This document shows positions 1-10,599 of a stretch of DNA of 22,677 bases, in pieces; within the stretch, counting starts at the first letter, position 1, and every line of letters begins with the position of its first letter. The notes below the pieces were generated by a model. That model made no database searches and was not told the DNA's origin. It saw nothing but the letters and a program-made list of their open reading frames with translations. The translations under genes were made by a program, and so were the position numbers. Source of the stretch: Octopus sinensis (lineage: Eukaryota). Location: assembly GCF_006345805.1 (NCBI RefSeq), contig NW_021836893.1, positions 1-22,677 on the forward strand. The letters run 5' to 3'.

Positions 1-2
1 GT

Positions 3-3
3 A

Positions 4-76
<73 letters not shown>

Positions 77-127
77 CTCTCTCTATATATATATATAGGG
101 CAGAGATAACTATCTAGCTAGATAGTT

Positions 128-195
<68 letters not shown>

Positions 196-205
196 GGATA
201 GATAG
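3..205. repeat. (TATC)n and (GATA)n tetranucleotide arrays in opposite orientation around a central palindrome
   Basis: (CTAT)n ~3-76, (GATA)n ~133-205; perfect 22-bp palindrome TAACTATCTAGCTAGATAGTTA at 107-128. Confidence 0.95.
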
Positions 206-453
206 ATGGATGGATGAAGAAGAAAGAGAGAGAGAAAGATGTGTTTTTTATAAGTAAGATTTCAATAAACGGTAAAATGCATCATGGCCAAATGAAACAA
301 CAATAGCAACAACAAAACTTTCAAATATGTCAATGCTCCCTACTTGGAATGAAGATTAATCTAAATAATGTTATTAAAAAGGGAAAACAATATATTTACA
401 CACGTACTTAAATACACACACATATCCACTTATAAGTGTGTGGATACATGTTT

Positions 454-465
454 GTGTGTGCGTGC

Positions 466-524
<59 letters not shown>
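454..524. repeat. (TG)n microsatellite
   Basis: Near-perfect TG run; source of the CV/HT-repeat ORFs in the track. Confidence 0.95.
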
Positions 525-525
<1 letters not shown>

Positions 526-1073
526 AATGTTCATTGTAGCTGGACACATGAGAAATTTGAACAGTGTTACACATTTTTATTACAAAAATATCTTTTTTGT
601 TTGAGTTCGTTCGTACGAAAACGAAAGAAAAAGTTTTAAGCAACCTGAAACATAAGCATTATTAGAAGCAGAAGTACGACAACAACAACAGGTTGCAAAT
701 AAAAGCAACAACAACAACAACAGCAACAATGGGTTAGAAACAACGGTACATTTTCATATTTCTTTGTTCACTGAGCGAGCATTAGACATGGCTGCCGTGT
801 GGTTTAACTTGAGTGTTTCACGGAAAAAAAGCTATCGAAGATTGATTTATATAAAAAAAAAAGTCTTATGAAATAATGATAAGTGATGATGTTTTAAGAT
901 GATGTTGTACCGATGACAATCATGGAAGCGAACAAAGAACGTGTCCACTATTGCAAAGAGAAATTGAACAAACTGCTGCAAGGGACAACGCGAAAGACAT
1001 CCATTTTCAAAAATACGATTGTGGAATTATTGCTTTTGTTGTTGTTGGTGTTTTTATTATTTATTATTATTAT

Positions 1074-1135
<62 letters not shown>
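1074..1135. repeat. (AGT)n trinucleotide microsatellite
   Basis: Perfect TAG/AGT run; explains the poly-Ser and poly-Leu ORFs at 913-1275 and 948-1139. Confidence 0.95.
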
Positions 1136-1212
1136 TCATACCGTGTCAGGATATAACATATATTTTCCATTCTTGTTCTCCGTTTTCTTCAATACATATA
1201 TGCATTCACAAG

Positions 1213-1326
1213 CATACATACATACACACACATACATACATACATACATACATACATACATACACACACACATAATCACACACATACATACATTCATACA
1301 TACATACATACACACATACACATATA
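1213..1326. repeat. (TACA)n/(CA)n compound microsatellite
   Basis: Direct reading of the sequence. Confidence 0.9.
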
Positions 1327-1931
1327 TATTTGAATAAATTGGAATCAACAAGGAGTACAATTGAACATTTATTTGCAATCACTACAATTGTTTCCACGCA
1401 ACGTAGTTCTCCAGGCTCGCAGGTATTTGGTTATGTAACCGTTTTCCTGTATTATGAAATCTAGTTGTGCTTCCTCAGGTGATATGTAAATATTGTTACC
1501 GCAACCTCAAAATCTCAGCTCCTATCGCATCGTTTCTGTCTGTATATGTAAGATGTATATGTGTATGAGCGCGTATGTGTATGTATGAGTGTGTATAAAT
1601 GTAGATCTATACAAAGCGATGTATGTGTACATTTATACTCGCCAACCAAATTACAGGCGAATTCTCGGAGGTCAGTGAAAGACAATGCCTAGTGCAACAA
1701 ATGGTAACGCAGGTATCCCAAGGCGAGCTCAGCGTGGACGGAAACCACACGTCGAGCAAAAGGGGAATAGCTCGCTCGATCTCCATCTTCAGTACGAAAG
1801 AAATAGAATGCCAATCCCCTTAACATTGCAACCATCCCACTCCGTTCATACTTTAAAGCAGTTTATCAATAGACTTTCTGCCACAACACATTTCTTGATA
1901 CACTGAGTAACTCCGAGCACAACTAGATTTC

Positions 1932-1950
1932 ATATATATATATATATATG

Positions 1951-1992
<42 letters not shown>

Positions 1993-2025
1993 CAGACAGA
2001 GAGAGAGTGAGTGAGAGAGAGAACG
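1932..2025. repeat. (TA)n + (GA)n compound microsatellite
   Basis: Direct reading of the sequence. Confidence 0.9.
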
Positions 2026-2279
2026 AGAAGGGAAAGCACCTGTTTCGTCGTACATTTCTTTCAAGCGAAAAATCTTTTTGAAAGAGCAAAGTTGGGACGG
2101 GGGTGAGTTACAACGTCAGACTGGATGATATGTCGTATTTGCGTTAATCTCTTTTCACGGGGAAGCTAATTCGACCAAGAACGATCGATCTAATTTAAAG
2201 CACGGAACGAAAACAAGGAAAAACACATGTATGTCTAGTTAAAGGTGTAGCGGTGATTCGAAACCGAGTAGCTGGATAC

Positions 2280-2385
2280 GACGTCAGAAATCACGAGCAA
2301 ACCGCAATAGTTTCACGTGATCAGTCTATTAAGCAACCAATCAGCGTCAAGCCGTGACATCATTTATCTTCTAGAATATCTAGAA
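2280..2385. promoter_or_regulatory. Candidate Pol II promoter/enhancer motif cluster
   Basis: Within ~105 bp: GACGTCA (2280-2286), TCACGTGA E-box (2313-2320), CCAAT (2337-2341), CGTCA (2345-2349), TGACATCA (2355-2362), TTCTAGAA/TCTAGAA (2369-2385). The surrounding non-repetitive DNA looks CpG-richer by eye. No linked gene identified. Confidence 0.35.
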
Positions 2386-3134
2386 TATTGTTGTACCGAA
2401 TAAAAGGCCGCTTTTGGAGGTAATTAATTTCAGAATGTTGAAGGTAGCTGAACTATGCATGCCTCAAATCTTGTCATCAGGTGTTTCCAGACAATTACAC
2501 AGACGGCATAAGGTAGCTAACCCAGGACCTCTGTCTCCACGAAGTGAGCGCCGTTGATTTCGTATATGTTGGACCGACAGCGCTTGACTGAACAAATAAC
2601 TCTCTTTTTCTCTTCTTTTTCTCTTTTTTCTTTCTCTCTTTCTTCTTTTTAATTTTTTCAATTGTGTCTTCTGATTTGTCTAATTTTCTAATTTAGTTTT
2701 GTAAAACAGTAAACACTGTCAAGGCAATACAACACTCTTCAAGCAATAAAAAAAAATTATGTGATCTTTCTGGTTTTCGTTGCCGTTTGCAATTATCGTT
2801 TTTTTTTTTCAAAAAAAAGTTAATGTTTCATGTAAATGTAATTTTTGACGCTGAATCCGAATTTGTTATTCATTTATTCCAGAAAAAATTTGCAAAAATG
2901 TTACAGGTATTCAAAGTTTGATAATTTTCAGAATTTTCAGCCAATCAGAAAACTGCCTCTTCCATCATCAATGGGTGCGGTGGGGGCATGTCAAAACATT
3001 ACTAGATGCACACACATACACACATATACTCACACAGAGTTGAAACGCTGTTTGATTTTTCTTTTCAGCGTTGAATGTTCACCATCTCACTTCCATTGCA
3101 CACACATACACACACCACACACACACAACACACA

Positions 3135-3166
<32 letters not shown>

Positions 3167-3923
3167 TTCACATACTTCCCTTCTACATACACACACATAT
3201 ACTCACACAGAGTTGAAACGGTCCCATTAGCAGTTTGCCACCACCCCTTCCTTCCTTATTCATCTATCACCCCTTCCTTTCTCATTCATATGTTGTGACG
3301 GAGAAAAACACAAGAGTATTATTATACTAAGAGGATTATCTTTCTCGTACCTTTTTCTCCTCCTTGTGCGCATGCGCAGCATCTTTGGTTACTATAGGAA
3401 CAGAGTTCTTCGCCACAGTGATGTATAAAATACTCGCTTCTAATTAATTAAAATACCTATATTTGCAAAATTTAAACCTAATAACTTTTTTAATTATGGA
3501 TTTATAAGAGAAATAAATTTCATTTCCATAATTAGTATACAAAACTTAATCCATATACCAAATTTGAACAAAATTGTTGACAGTGAGGAAAACCACAACG
3601 ATTACCTTTCTGTTATCTCAAAGCTGTATCGCTCTGCTAGTCTGTAATTATTTATATTGTCAACTGTAAATGATTAACGCTAATTGTTTTTTATGTGCGA
3701 CAATAAATATTTCAATTAAACGCTCACGAGTTTTCATTCAATTATGCAGACAGCCAACGAAATATATCTTCGTACGCCAACTCAACAATTACAACGCTTT
3801 AACCTGTCGCTCGGGGAATATAATTTGCCGTTATTCTGTAAACGTTTGTTTGTGTGTGTAAAGAGAATAACAAACAGGAGTACTTGATAAAATGTGAACG
3901 ACATCGGAGTTGAACCTGCTATA

Positions 3924-4076
3924 GGCGTGGCTGTATAGTGAGAAGTTTGCTTCCAAATCTCATGGTTCTGAATTCAGTTCCACTGCGTGGCAACTTTGGC
4001 AAGTGTCTTCTAATATAGCCTCGGGTCGACCAAAGCCTTGTGAGTGGATTTGATAGACGAAAACTCAAAGCCTGTC
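3924..4076 (+). mobile_element. SINE 5' head (family A), followed by a microsatellite; 3' half absent
   Basis: GGCGTGGCTGT...AGAAGTTTGCTTCC...GGTTC...CACTGCGTGGCA...CAAGTGTCTTCT...ATAGCCTCGGG...GTGAGTGGATTT. Alignable with the second copy at 12527-12668; the tRNA-like head fits a SINE. Confidence 0.75.
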
Positions 4077-4079
4077 AAT

Positions 4080-4153
4080 TACATACGTACATACATACAT
4101 ACATACATACATGCATACATACATGCATGCATGCATACATACATACATACATA

Positions 4154-4199
<46 letters not shown>

Positions 4200-4243
4200 T
4201 ACATACATACGTACATACATGTATACATACATACATACATACA
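4080..4243. repeat. (TACA)n/(TG)n/(TA)n compound microsatellite
   Basis: Direct reading; joins the SINE head to the retrotransposon fragment. Confidence 0.9.
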
Positions 4244-4245
4244 AA

Positions 4246-5320
4246 CTACCGATGAGTGTAGATGCGGAGAGAAAGCGACGGTTAGACATGTTCTGTCAAA
4301 TTGCAGACTAGCACTAGAAAGATATACATGGCGGCATAATCAAGTCCTCGGCGTCATAGGCGCAGCACTCAAGGAGAAGATCGAGAGGTACAATAGGGGA
4401 TAGTACCCAAAAGTAGAAAAGCGCAGGAAAGAATACTTCCACAAGGAGGGAAAAGGATATAAGACCAGGCCTACAAGTAAAATATACGAGATAGACGAAA
4501 GATGGAAGGGATACTGGGAGGTGGCCACGGATTTGGAAAGACAAGTAATATTTCCACTAATAAAAACGACAAAAAGATCAGATTTGGTCCTATGAAACAG
4601 AGAACAGAGAATAGGAATTTTGCTAGAACTGACAGTGCCATGGGAAGAGAACATCGGCAATGCAGAGGAACGAAAGGAGAAGAGGTACGAAAAACTAATC
4701 GAAGAGTGCAGAGAACAGGGATGGAATGTCGCGTATTACCACCTGGCAGTAGGGGCTAGAGGCCTCATTGAAAGAAAAATGACAACGCTTTTCAAAAGAA
4801 GATTTGTTTTTTCTAGCTCCGAGCTGCGAAAACTAATAAGGAGAGTACAGGAGGCGGTCAAAAAAGCCAGCTTCTATATATGGCTGAAGCGGGAAGACCG
4901 AAAATGGCTTGAAAGTCATAAACATGCCGCCGGGAAATAACAACATTAGGTGAGACAAGCTGAAACTGGTCAGCTTCGCTGACTGTCAGGTGACGGTTGT
5001 TTAGAAAATGCGCGGGCTAAAACTACGCGCCTTCACTAGTCATTTAAGGTGAGACAGTGTCACGTGACAACTTGCTGGGACTGCCTGCTGGAGTCTAGCG
5101 ACAGATATTTAAAGGGGAAAATTTGACAAGTCAGTCAGTCGCCCGCTGACACTCGTTGTCGCTACATCGAAGAGGCCAGGGAACAGAAGAAAGAACAAAG
5201 AAGTCATGCACCCAACACCAGAGCTGAAGACACCTCCGAAAGGGAGGACCCAGCCACGTCAAAACGGTAGAGGAGTAGGGGCCGAAACCGGACGTGGTTC
5301 CTCCTGATGATGTCTTAAGC
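4246..5320 (+). mobile_element. 5'-truncated HERO-like non-LTR retrotransposon (ORF end plus ~380-nt structured 3' UTR)
   Basis: Pseudo-ORF above, followed by GC-richer, hairpin-rich sequence ending near CCTCCTGATGATGTC (5300-5314). The 3' boundary is approximate. Confidence 0.7.
4251..4940 (+). pseudogene. C-terminus of an RLE-type non-LTR retrotransposon ORF (CCHC zinc knuckle + restriction-like endonuclease), HERO-like
   Basis: One frame with two internal stops (TAG 4401-4403, TGA 4593-4595): CRCGEKATVRHVLSNC (C-x-C-x7-H-x4-C), RYTWRHNQVL, RSDLVL* (decayed RPD-x-VLW), LELTVPWEEN, ERKEKRYEKL, VGARG. These are the characteristic motifs of R2/R4/NeSL/HERO-type RLE domains; the HERO assignment rests on recalled motif style. 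Confidence 0.85.
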
Positions 5321-5383
5321 TAACTAGATCCTATAAAGGAGCTGTTGTGATAGCAGACCACGAAACACGGTTGTAATTCCTCC

Positions 5384-5415
<32 letters not shown>

Positions 5416-5440
5416 ATATGTGATTGTTATTATCATTATT

Positions 5441-5880
5441 GAGTGAGAGAGCAGTGCATGACATCAAAATGACACTGGGGTAAAATATGTGAAGCCCAGT
5501 ATACCCATCATGGCTACCCGTCTGATAAGGGTACACCAAGCACATGAATTGCAACCATGTGTGCGCACATAGTGATCTCATATCAAGGAAAACAGCGTAT
5601 GACCTTGCAGGTGGGGTCCAGTTAGAATTTTCTTCAGGTTGAGTAGCCCGTCCCACTCAAACGGTTCCTGAATAAGAGTTGTTTAAGAATGTTGAATAAA
5701 ACACACATATTTCCGAAGGTGAATTATCCATACCCCAAAGAATCCCTCTCAGCACATGGCTATGATGCTCCCCCACTACTTCTACTCGTGATCAGAGAGG
5801 CACATATTGTCAGCTACCAAGGGACATGCTCGACTGTTTAAAGTCAAACAACTGACAAGCAAATCTGTGGCATCGAGCAC
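5441..5880 (-). mobile_element. Dispersed-repeat fragment embedded in (ATT)n; probable 3' end of a Dong/R4-like LINE or derived SINE
   Basis: Non-simple sequence bounded by ATT-type repeats on both sides (5424-5440 and 5885-5958). It resembles a common octopus repeat I recall. Dong elements are known to target (TAA)n. No coding motif recovered, so family and strand are inference. Confidence 0.45.
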
Positions 5881-5884
5881 ATGA

Positions 5885-5887
5885 TTA

Positions 5888-5957
<70 letters not shown>

Positions 5958-5958
5958 C
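5885..5958. repeat. (ATT)n microsatellite
   Basis: Perfect trinucleotide run. Confidence 0.95.
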
Positions 5959-5962
5959 ATCT

Positions 5963-6112
5963 AAGAATGAACTGGCAGAATCGTTGCTGCGCCGGTCAAA
6001 ATGCTTCGCGGCATTTCTTCCGGTTCTTTACCTACTTCGACTTTGTCTTTTCATCGGTTTGGGGTCAATAAAATAACGTACCAGTCAAATTCTTGGGACC
6101 GATATAATTTCT
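5963..6112 (+). mobile_element. SINE (family B), internally deleted copy
   Basis: TGGCAGAATCGTT...AAAATGCTT...GCGGCATTTC matches the reverse complement of 18160-18200 (TGGCAGAATCGTTAGCACGC...AAAATGCTTTAGCGGCATTTCG). Followed by a GGGGTCAATAAAATAA-type central domain. Confidence 0.7.
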
Positions 6113-6237
6113 GCTGAAATCAGTTAAAGATATTTTATCCCTATTTTTCTTTTCCTTTTAATTTTTAACCCTTCATTCCCTGTCTATCGCCATCTTATCT
6201 CCACCTTCCTCGTATTATTGTTGGTGCCGTTTTTTAT

Positions 6238-6470
6238 CTACTACTACTACTACGAGCACCACGACCACTACAACTACCACTACTACTACTACGACGACGA
6301 CAACGACGATCACCACCACCACCACCACTATTACTACTACAACCACCAACGACCACGACTACTACTACTACCAGCACCACCATGACCCCGACCACGCCTA
6401 CCACCACCAGCACTACCTCTTCTACTACTACTACTGCTGCTATTGCTGCTGCTACCAACCCACCGACCGT
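6238..6470. repeat. Degenerate (ACT)n/(ACC)n/(ACG)n triplet repeat tract
   Basis: Direct reading; source of the poly-V/G/S ORF 6234-6482. Confidence 0.85.
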
Positions 6471-6750
6471 TACACAAATCAATTAACCTTCTTTGCCCTT
6501 TAACCTTTTAAACATTTTTAATGCCAATAATGGCATCAACCATCAATAATGACCAGTTTTTCATTTATGAATATTTTTATTCATTTTAGCCATTTTCTTT
6601 TGCCTGATCCTCTTCCCTTTCCCCGTCTTCTTTCTCCTCCTACCACCACTCCTTATAAAATTAAATACGAGAAAACAATAACCGGAACCAACCACAAAAA
6701 ATCTCAATGCGGTCGCCCCACCGTCTAGAAATAACAGCCAGCATATAAAT

Positions 6751-7005
6751 CAGTGGTTCTCAACCGTCGTCCATATGACCCTTTTTATGGGTCCTTAGAA
6801 AATGTTTTTGTTGAAATTTATGAACAATAAACTGATTATACAATGCACAATTGTTTTTATTTATGTTTTTATTCAGTTCCTGATAATATTTAATTTACAA
6901 AATATAAGGGGACTTTTTCAACGTTGAATGTCTATGAAGATCCACCTGAAAAAAAAAGTAGAAATCAAAGGGGTTCACAGGGCGAAAAGTAGTTGAGAAT
7001 CCCTT
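6751..7005. mobile_element. hAT/Charlie-type MITE
   Basis: Left TIR CAGTGGTTCTCAACC (6751-6765); decayed right TIR AGTTGAGAATCCCTT (6991-7005). Candidate 8-bp TSD ATATAAAT (6743-6750) / ATATAGAT (7006-7013), a 7/8 match. Confidence 0.7.
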
Positions 7006-7454
7006 ATATAGATGAAAAAAAACTTACCTTCGAATTTTACGAAGCCTTGCATATTTTTACTCTTCCACTTACAGGTTGTATGTGTGTGAATTAGCTGGCG
7101 GGTCCAGATTGTTATTTCGGCCTTTACTCACAAAACCATATGCATTAGATTTGGGGGATTCGAAGCAGTTGTCCACAATTATCTTCTTTCTCTTCGATTA
7201 GATTTTCGAAGAGTTATTTACATGGACAGGAAAGGCTGACCTCTTTGACGTTATATACGTTTTCTTGTCAGTCCCAAATAACGATGTCCTGCCAGTTGTG
7301 TTTACAATCGACAAATGCTTTTGGTAGGACATATATGTCTGTGCATGGAAATATCTATGCGTCCATGTGCTTGCATGTATTCTATATTTATGCACGTATG
7401 TGTATGGACGCGTAATACTTACGTGTTTTATTTCAGAACAATACTATGTACGTA

Positions 7455-8270
7455 CACACACACACACATAAGGGCACTAGGCTCGCAGGCATACACAGTC
7501 ATACAGATACAGACGCAGACACTCATACAGCTATATGTGAGTGTATATACATACAGAGCTTAGGGCACACATATACATACACACTTAGATGCTTATACAG
7601 TCAGGCACAGACTTATATATATATATATATAATATATATATATATATACACATGAACACACACACATACATATATTCAAACAAAAGCCCTTACACAAGAA
7701 CACACACACACGTAAGTATATAGTCACATCGCTCAAAGAAATTAAATAAAAATTGAGTAAAACATGGCCGAGGCTCTGAAGAGAGGTAAAAGGGAAAATG
7801 TCGTATCAGCAACTGTTTCCATTATAGATGTGTGTGTGTGCACGCGCGCGTGCGTATGTCCGTGTGCATGTGTCGATGGTGAGTGTGTGTGTTTAGTGGT
7901 GTATATGTGTATAAATGTGTGTGTGTTTGTTCATATGTGTTGTTAAAGTGTTTTTGTGTATCAATTTGCATGTGAATCTTTTGTAAGCGTTTGTGAGTTT
8001 CTTGGTATATTGCCTTTCTATGCCGCTGCTTGTGTTCTTTTGTGTGTGTGTTCGCGTGATTTTGCCTGAATATATGTATGTGTATGTGCATGTGTATATA
8101 TAAATATATATGTCTGTGCATGACTGTATAAGTACTAAGTGTGTATGTGCATGTATATGTGTGTCCTAAGCTCTGTATGCATATATACTCGCACATGGCT
8201 GTATGAGTGTCTGTGTTTGTAGCTGTATGTCTGCGAGCCTCTGTGCCCCCGTGTGTGTGTGTTTGTGTGT
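7455..8270. repeat. Diverged inverted repeat, arms ~7455-7710 and ~8035-8270
   Basis: Non-simple anchors match in reverse complement: CATACAGAGCTTAGG 7550-7564 vs CCTAAGCTCTGTATG 8165-8179; GGCTCGCAG 7480-7488 vs CTGCGAGCC 8231-8239. Confidence 0.85.
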
Positions 8271-8710
8271 GTGTGTGGTGTGTGTGTGTGTGTGTGCGTG
8301 TGTGTGTGTGTGAGTATGAATGGTACTAATGTCCAGGTGAGGGAGTGCACTCGTATAACCCCGTCACACAATCCTCCATTAAACTTCACTATGTCACGAA
8401 AGGTCAAACCTCTCAACCAATGTTTAGTCTTCAGCATTTTCTCTTCATGCCTCATTAAATGGATACAAAATCTAACATTTGTTCCTATCAAGCACCAACT
8501 AATTATTCCTCTCTCTCTACTCCCCCTCTCTCTCTCTTTCTTCTCTGTTCAGAAAAATCATTCAATGACGATCGTTAGACAGTTTTACGTTTATGCTTTT
8601 AAATTTTGATATTTTAAATCAGTTTTGAATCAGGAATTTTACAACACACGTTTCACACACACACACACATACACACACACAACACACACACACACACACA
8701 TACATATATG

Positions 8711-9928
8711 TTGGGTCATCCCATATATAATGCGGTTTTTCAATTGCATGAACTAAAAGTCGGCTGGGGTGGAATAAACTACCTGCATCAACTTGCTATA
8801 AAAGCATGTCTCCAAGAGTGCAGTTCGATTTTAACAGTTGTTTTTTTTAAAGCTATAATGGAAGTGATAAAGGAGCACATTTGGTATATTTTGCTTTATG
8901 AGTTCAATAAAGGCAACAACGCAACGGGAAGTGCGATGAATATTAATGGCTATATGGGGATCGGACAATAAGTGTAAGCTAGTGTCAATAGTGGTTCCAG
9001 AAATTCCAAGCCAGAAACTACAGCCTATAAGACAAGCCTTGTTCTAGAAGATCTGTATGCTCAACAAGGAAGTCCTGCAAATCCTGGTGAAAAAATCCCA
9101 TTGTAACTGTTGAGGAACAAACACAGAAGCTTGGATTTGGTCGTTCAGCCATTCATCGACACCTGCGTGCCATCGGAAAAGTCAGCAAATTGTGTCAATG
9201 AATTCCTCACAAACTTTCCAAGTCTAATCGAGCGCAGTGAGTGAATACGTGCTATTCTTTGCTGTCTCGTCTCACGAATGAACCTTTTTTGGACAGAATA
9301 GTGACTAGTGACGAGAAATTGGCACCCTGTAAAAATGTCAAGCGCCGAAGATAGTGAGCAGAGAAAGGAGAAACACCGGCACCCCAGGCTAAAGAAGGTC
9401 TTTCCCAACGTAAGGTGTTAACTGTTTGGTGAGATGTGGAAGGTTTAGTCCACTTTGAACTTTTAAACCCAAACTACACAACAACAAAGATCTACCGAGA
9501 GCAGCTTGAACGGTTTAAGTCAGCGCTAGAAGAAAAACGACCATTTTTGGTTTCAAGACAAAAGGTGTTCTTCGATGAGGATAATGCTTGGCCACATACA
9601 GCGAGGATGACATTCCAAAAGCTGGAGCAGTTTCAATGGGAAACGATGCCCCACCCACCATATTGACCAAGCATTGCCCCATCTGATTATCATTTATTCT
9701 GCAGTCTTTAAAATCATTTGGACAGCAAAAATATGAATTCTTTAGACGAGGTCAGAACAGTACTGGAGGAGTATTTTTCGTCACGGACAAGTGAATTTTG
9801 GAAGAGCGCCTTTGGAAGTCTACCAGAGAGGTGGAAGAGCATTGTAGAAAATGAAGGAGAGTATATTTTAGATTAAAAAAGAATTTTGTTTATCTTAATT
9901 TTGAAAACAGCAATTTCTCTTTACCCAA
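8711..9928 (+). mobile_element. Full-length, inactive mariner DNA transposon
   Basis: Left TIR TTGGGTCATCCCATATATAATGCGGTTTTT (8711-8740) resembles Hsmar1-type TIRs. The right TIR is heavily decayed (~9904-9928). Complete transposase pseudogene inside. Confidence 0.85.
8858..9876 (+). pseudogene. Mariner DD34D transposase pseudogene (stops and frameshifts)
   Basis: Manual translation: MEVIKEHIWYILLYEFNKG (HTH N-terminus), *IPHKL (WVPHEL), FLDRIVTSDEK (first D), DNAWPHTA (second D), HPPY*PSIAPSDYHLF (YSPDLAPSD, third D), LPERWKSIVENEGEYILD* (stop 9874-9876). Confidence 0.92.
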
Positions 9929-9979
9929 AGCTCTACCTTATGTAATCAGTGCACTTTACCTTCGCTCGTGCAGACAAAC

Positions 9980-10069
9980 ATGTGTGTGTATGTGTGTGTG
10001 TGTGTGTGAATGTGCGGGGTGTGACTGTGTGTGTTTATGTACTTGCTTGTTTGTGTTTGTGTATGTTTA

Positions 10070-10104
<35 letters not shown>

Positions 10105-10400
10105 TTGTGTGTGTATGTGTGTTTGTGTGTGTGTTTGTGTGATGTGTTTGCGAGTGTGTGTATGTGTTTCTGTGTGTGTGTGTGTGTTTGTGTGTGTGCA
10201 TGTATGTGTGTGTTTGTGTGTGTGCATGTGTTTGTGTGTGTGTGTTTGTGTGTGTTTGTGTCTCTGTGTGTTTGTGTGATGTGTATGTGTTTGTGTGGTT
10301 TGTATGTGTTTATGGTATGTGTGTTTGTGTGGTGTGTGTGTGTTTGTGGTGTGTGTGTTTGTGATGTGTGTGTTTCTGGTGTGTCTGTCTGTCTGTGCAT
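9980..10400. repeat. Long degenerate (TG)n/(TCTG)n tract
   Basis: Direct reading; explains the ORFs between 9946 and 10653. Confidence 0.9.
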
Positions 10401-10599
10401 GTAGTGTTTGCTGTGCTTCCTTTACACGACTCGGCAACCGCTGTCCTAAAATTGAAAAGTACTGAAAGAGTTGACATACGTTGATTCTGTTTGTGTTTGT
10501 TGTTGTTGTTATTGTTTTGTCGTTGTTGTTACCGGTCTGATCGTCGTCGATGTTTTTGTTGTTGTTGCTACTGTCAATGTAGCTATTATCAATAAAACT

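Noticed and set aside
1623-1906. Non-repetitive ORFs 1623-1823 and 1685-1906 as a real gene
   Set aside because: No recognisable domain, and the splice signals are weak on both strands.
5218-5312. Canonical hammerhead ribozyme at the HERO 3' end
   Set aside because: Core words are present, but stem II has no closing pair and stems I and III cannot both form with a valid NUH. Kept only as a structured-UTR finding.
7776-7800. CTGAAGA...GAAA hammerhead-like word pair
   Set aside because: The intervening GAGGTAAAAGG cannot form stem II.
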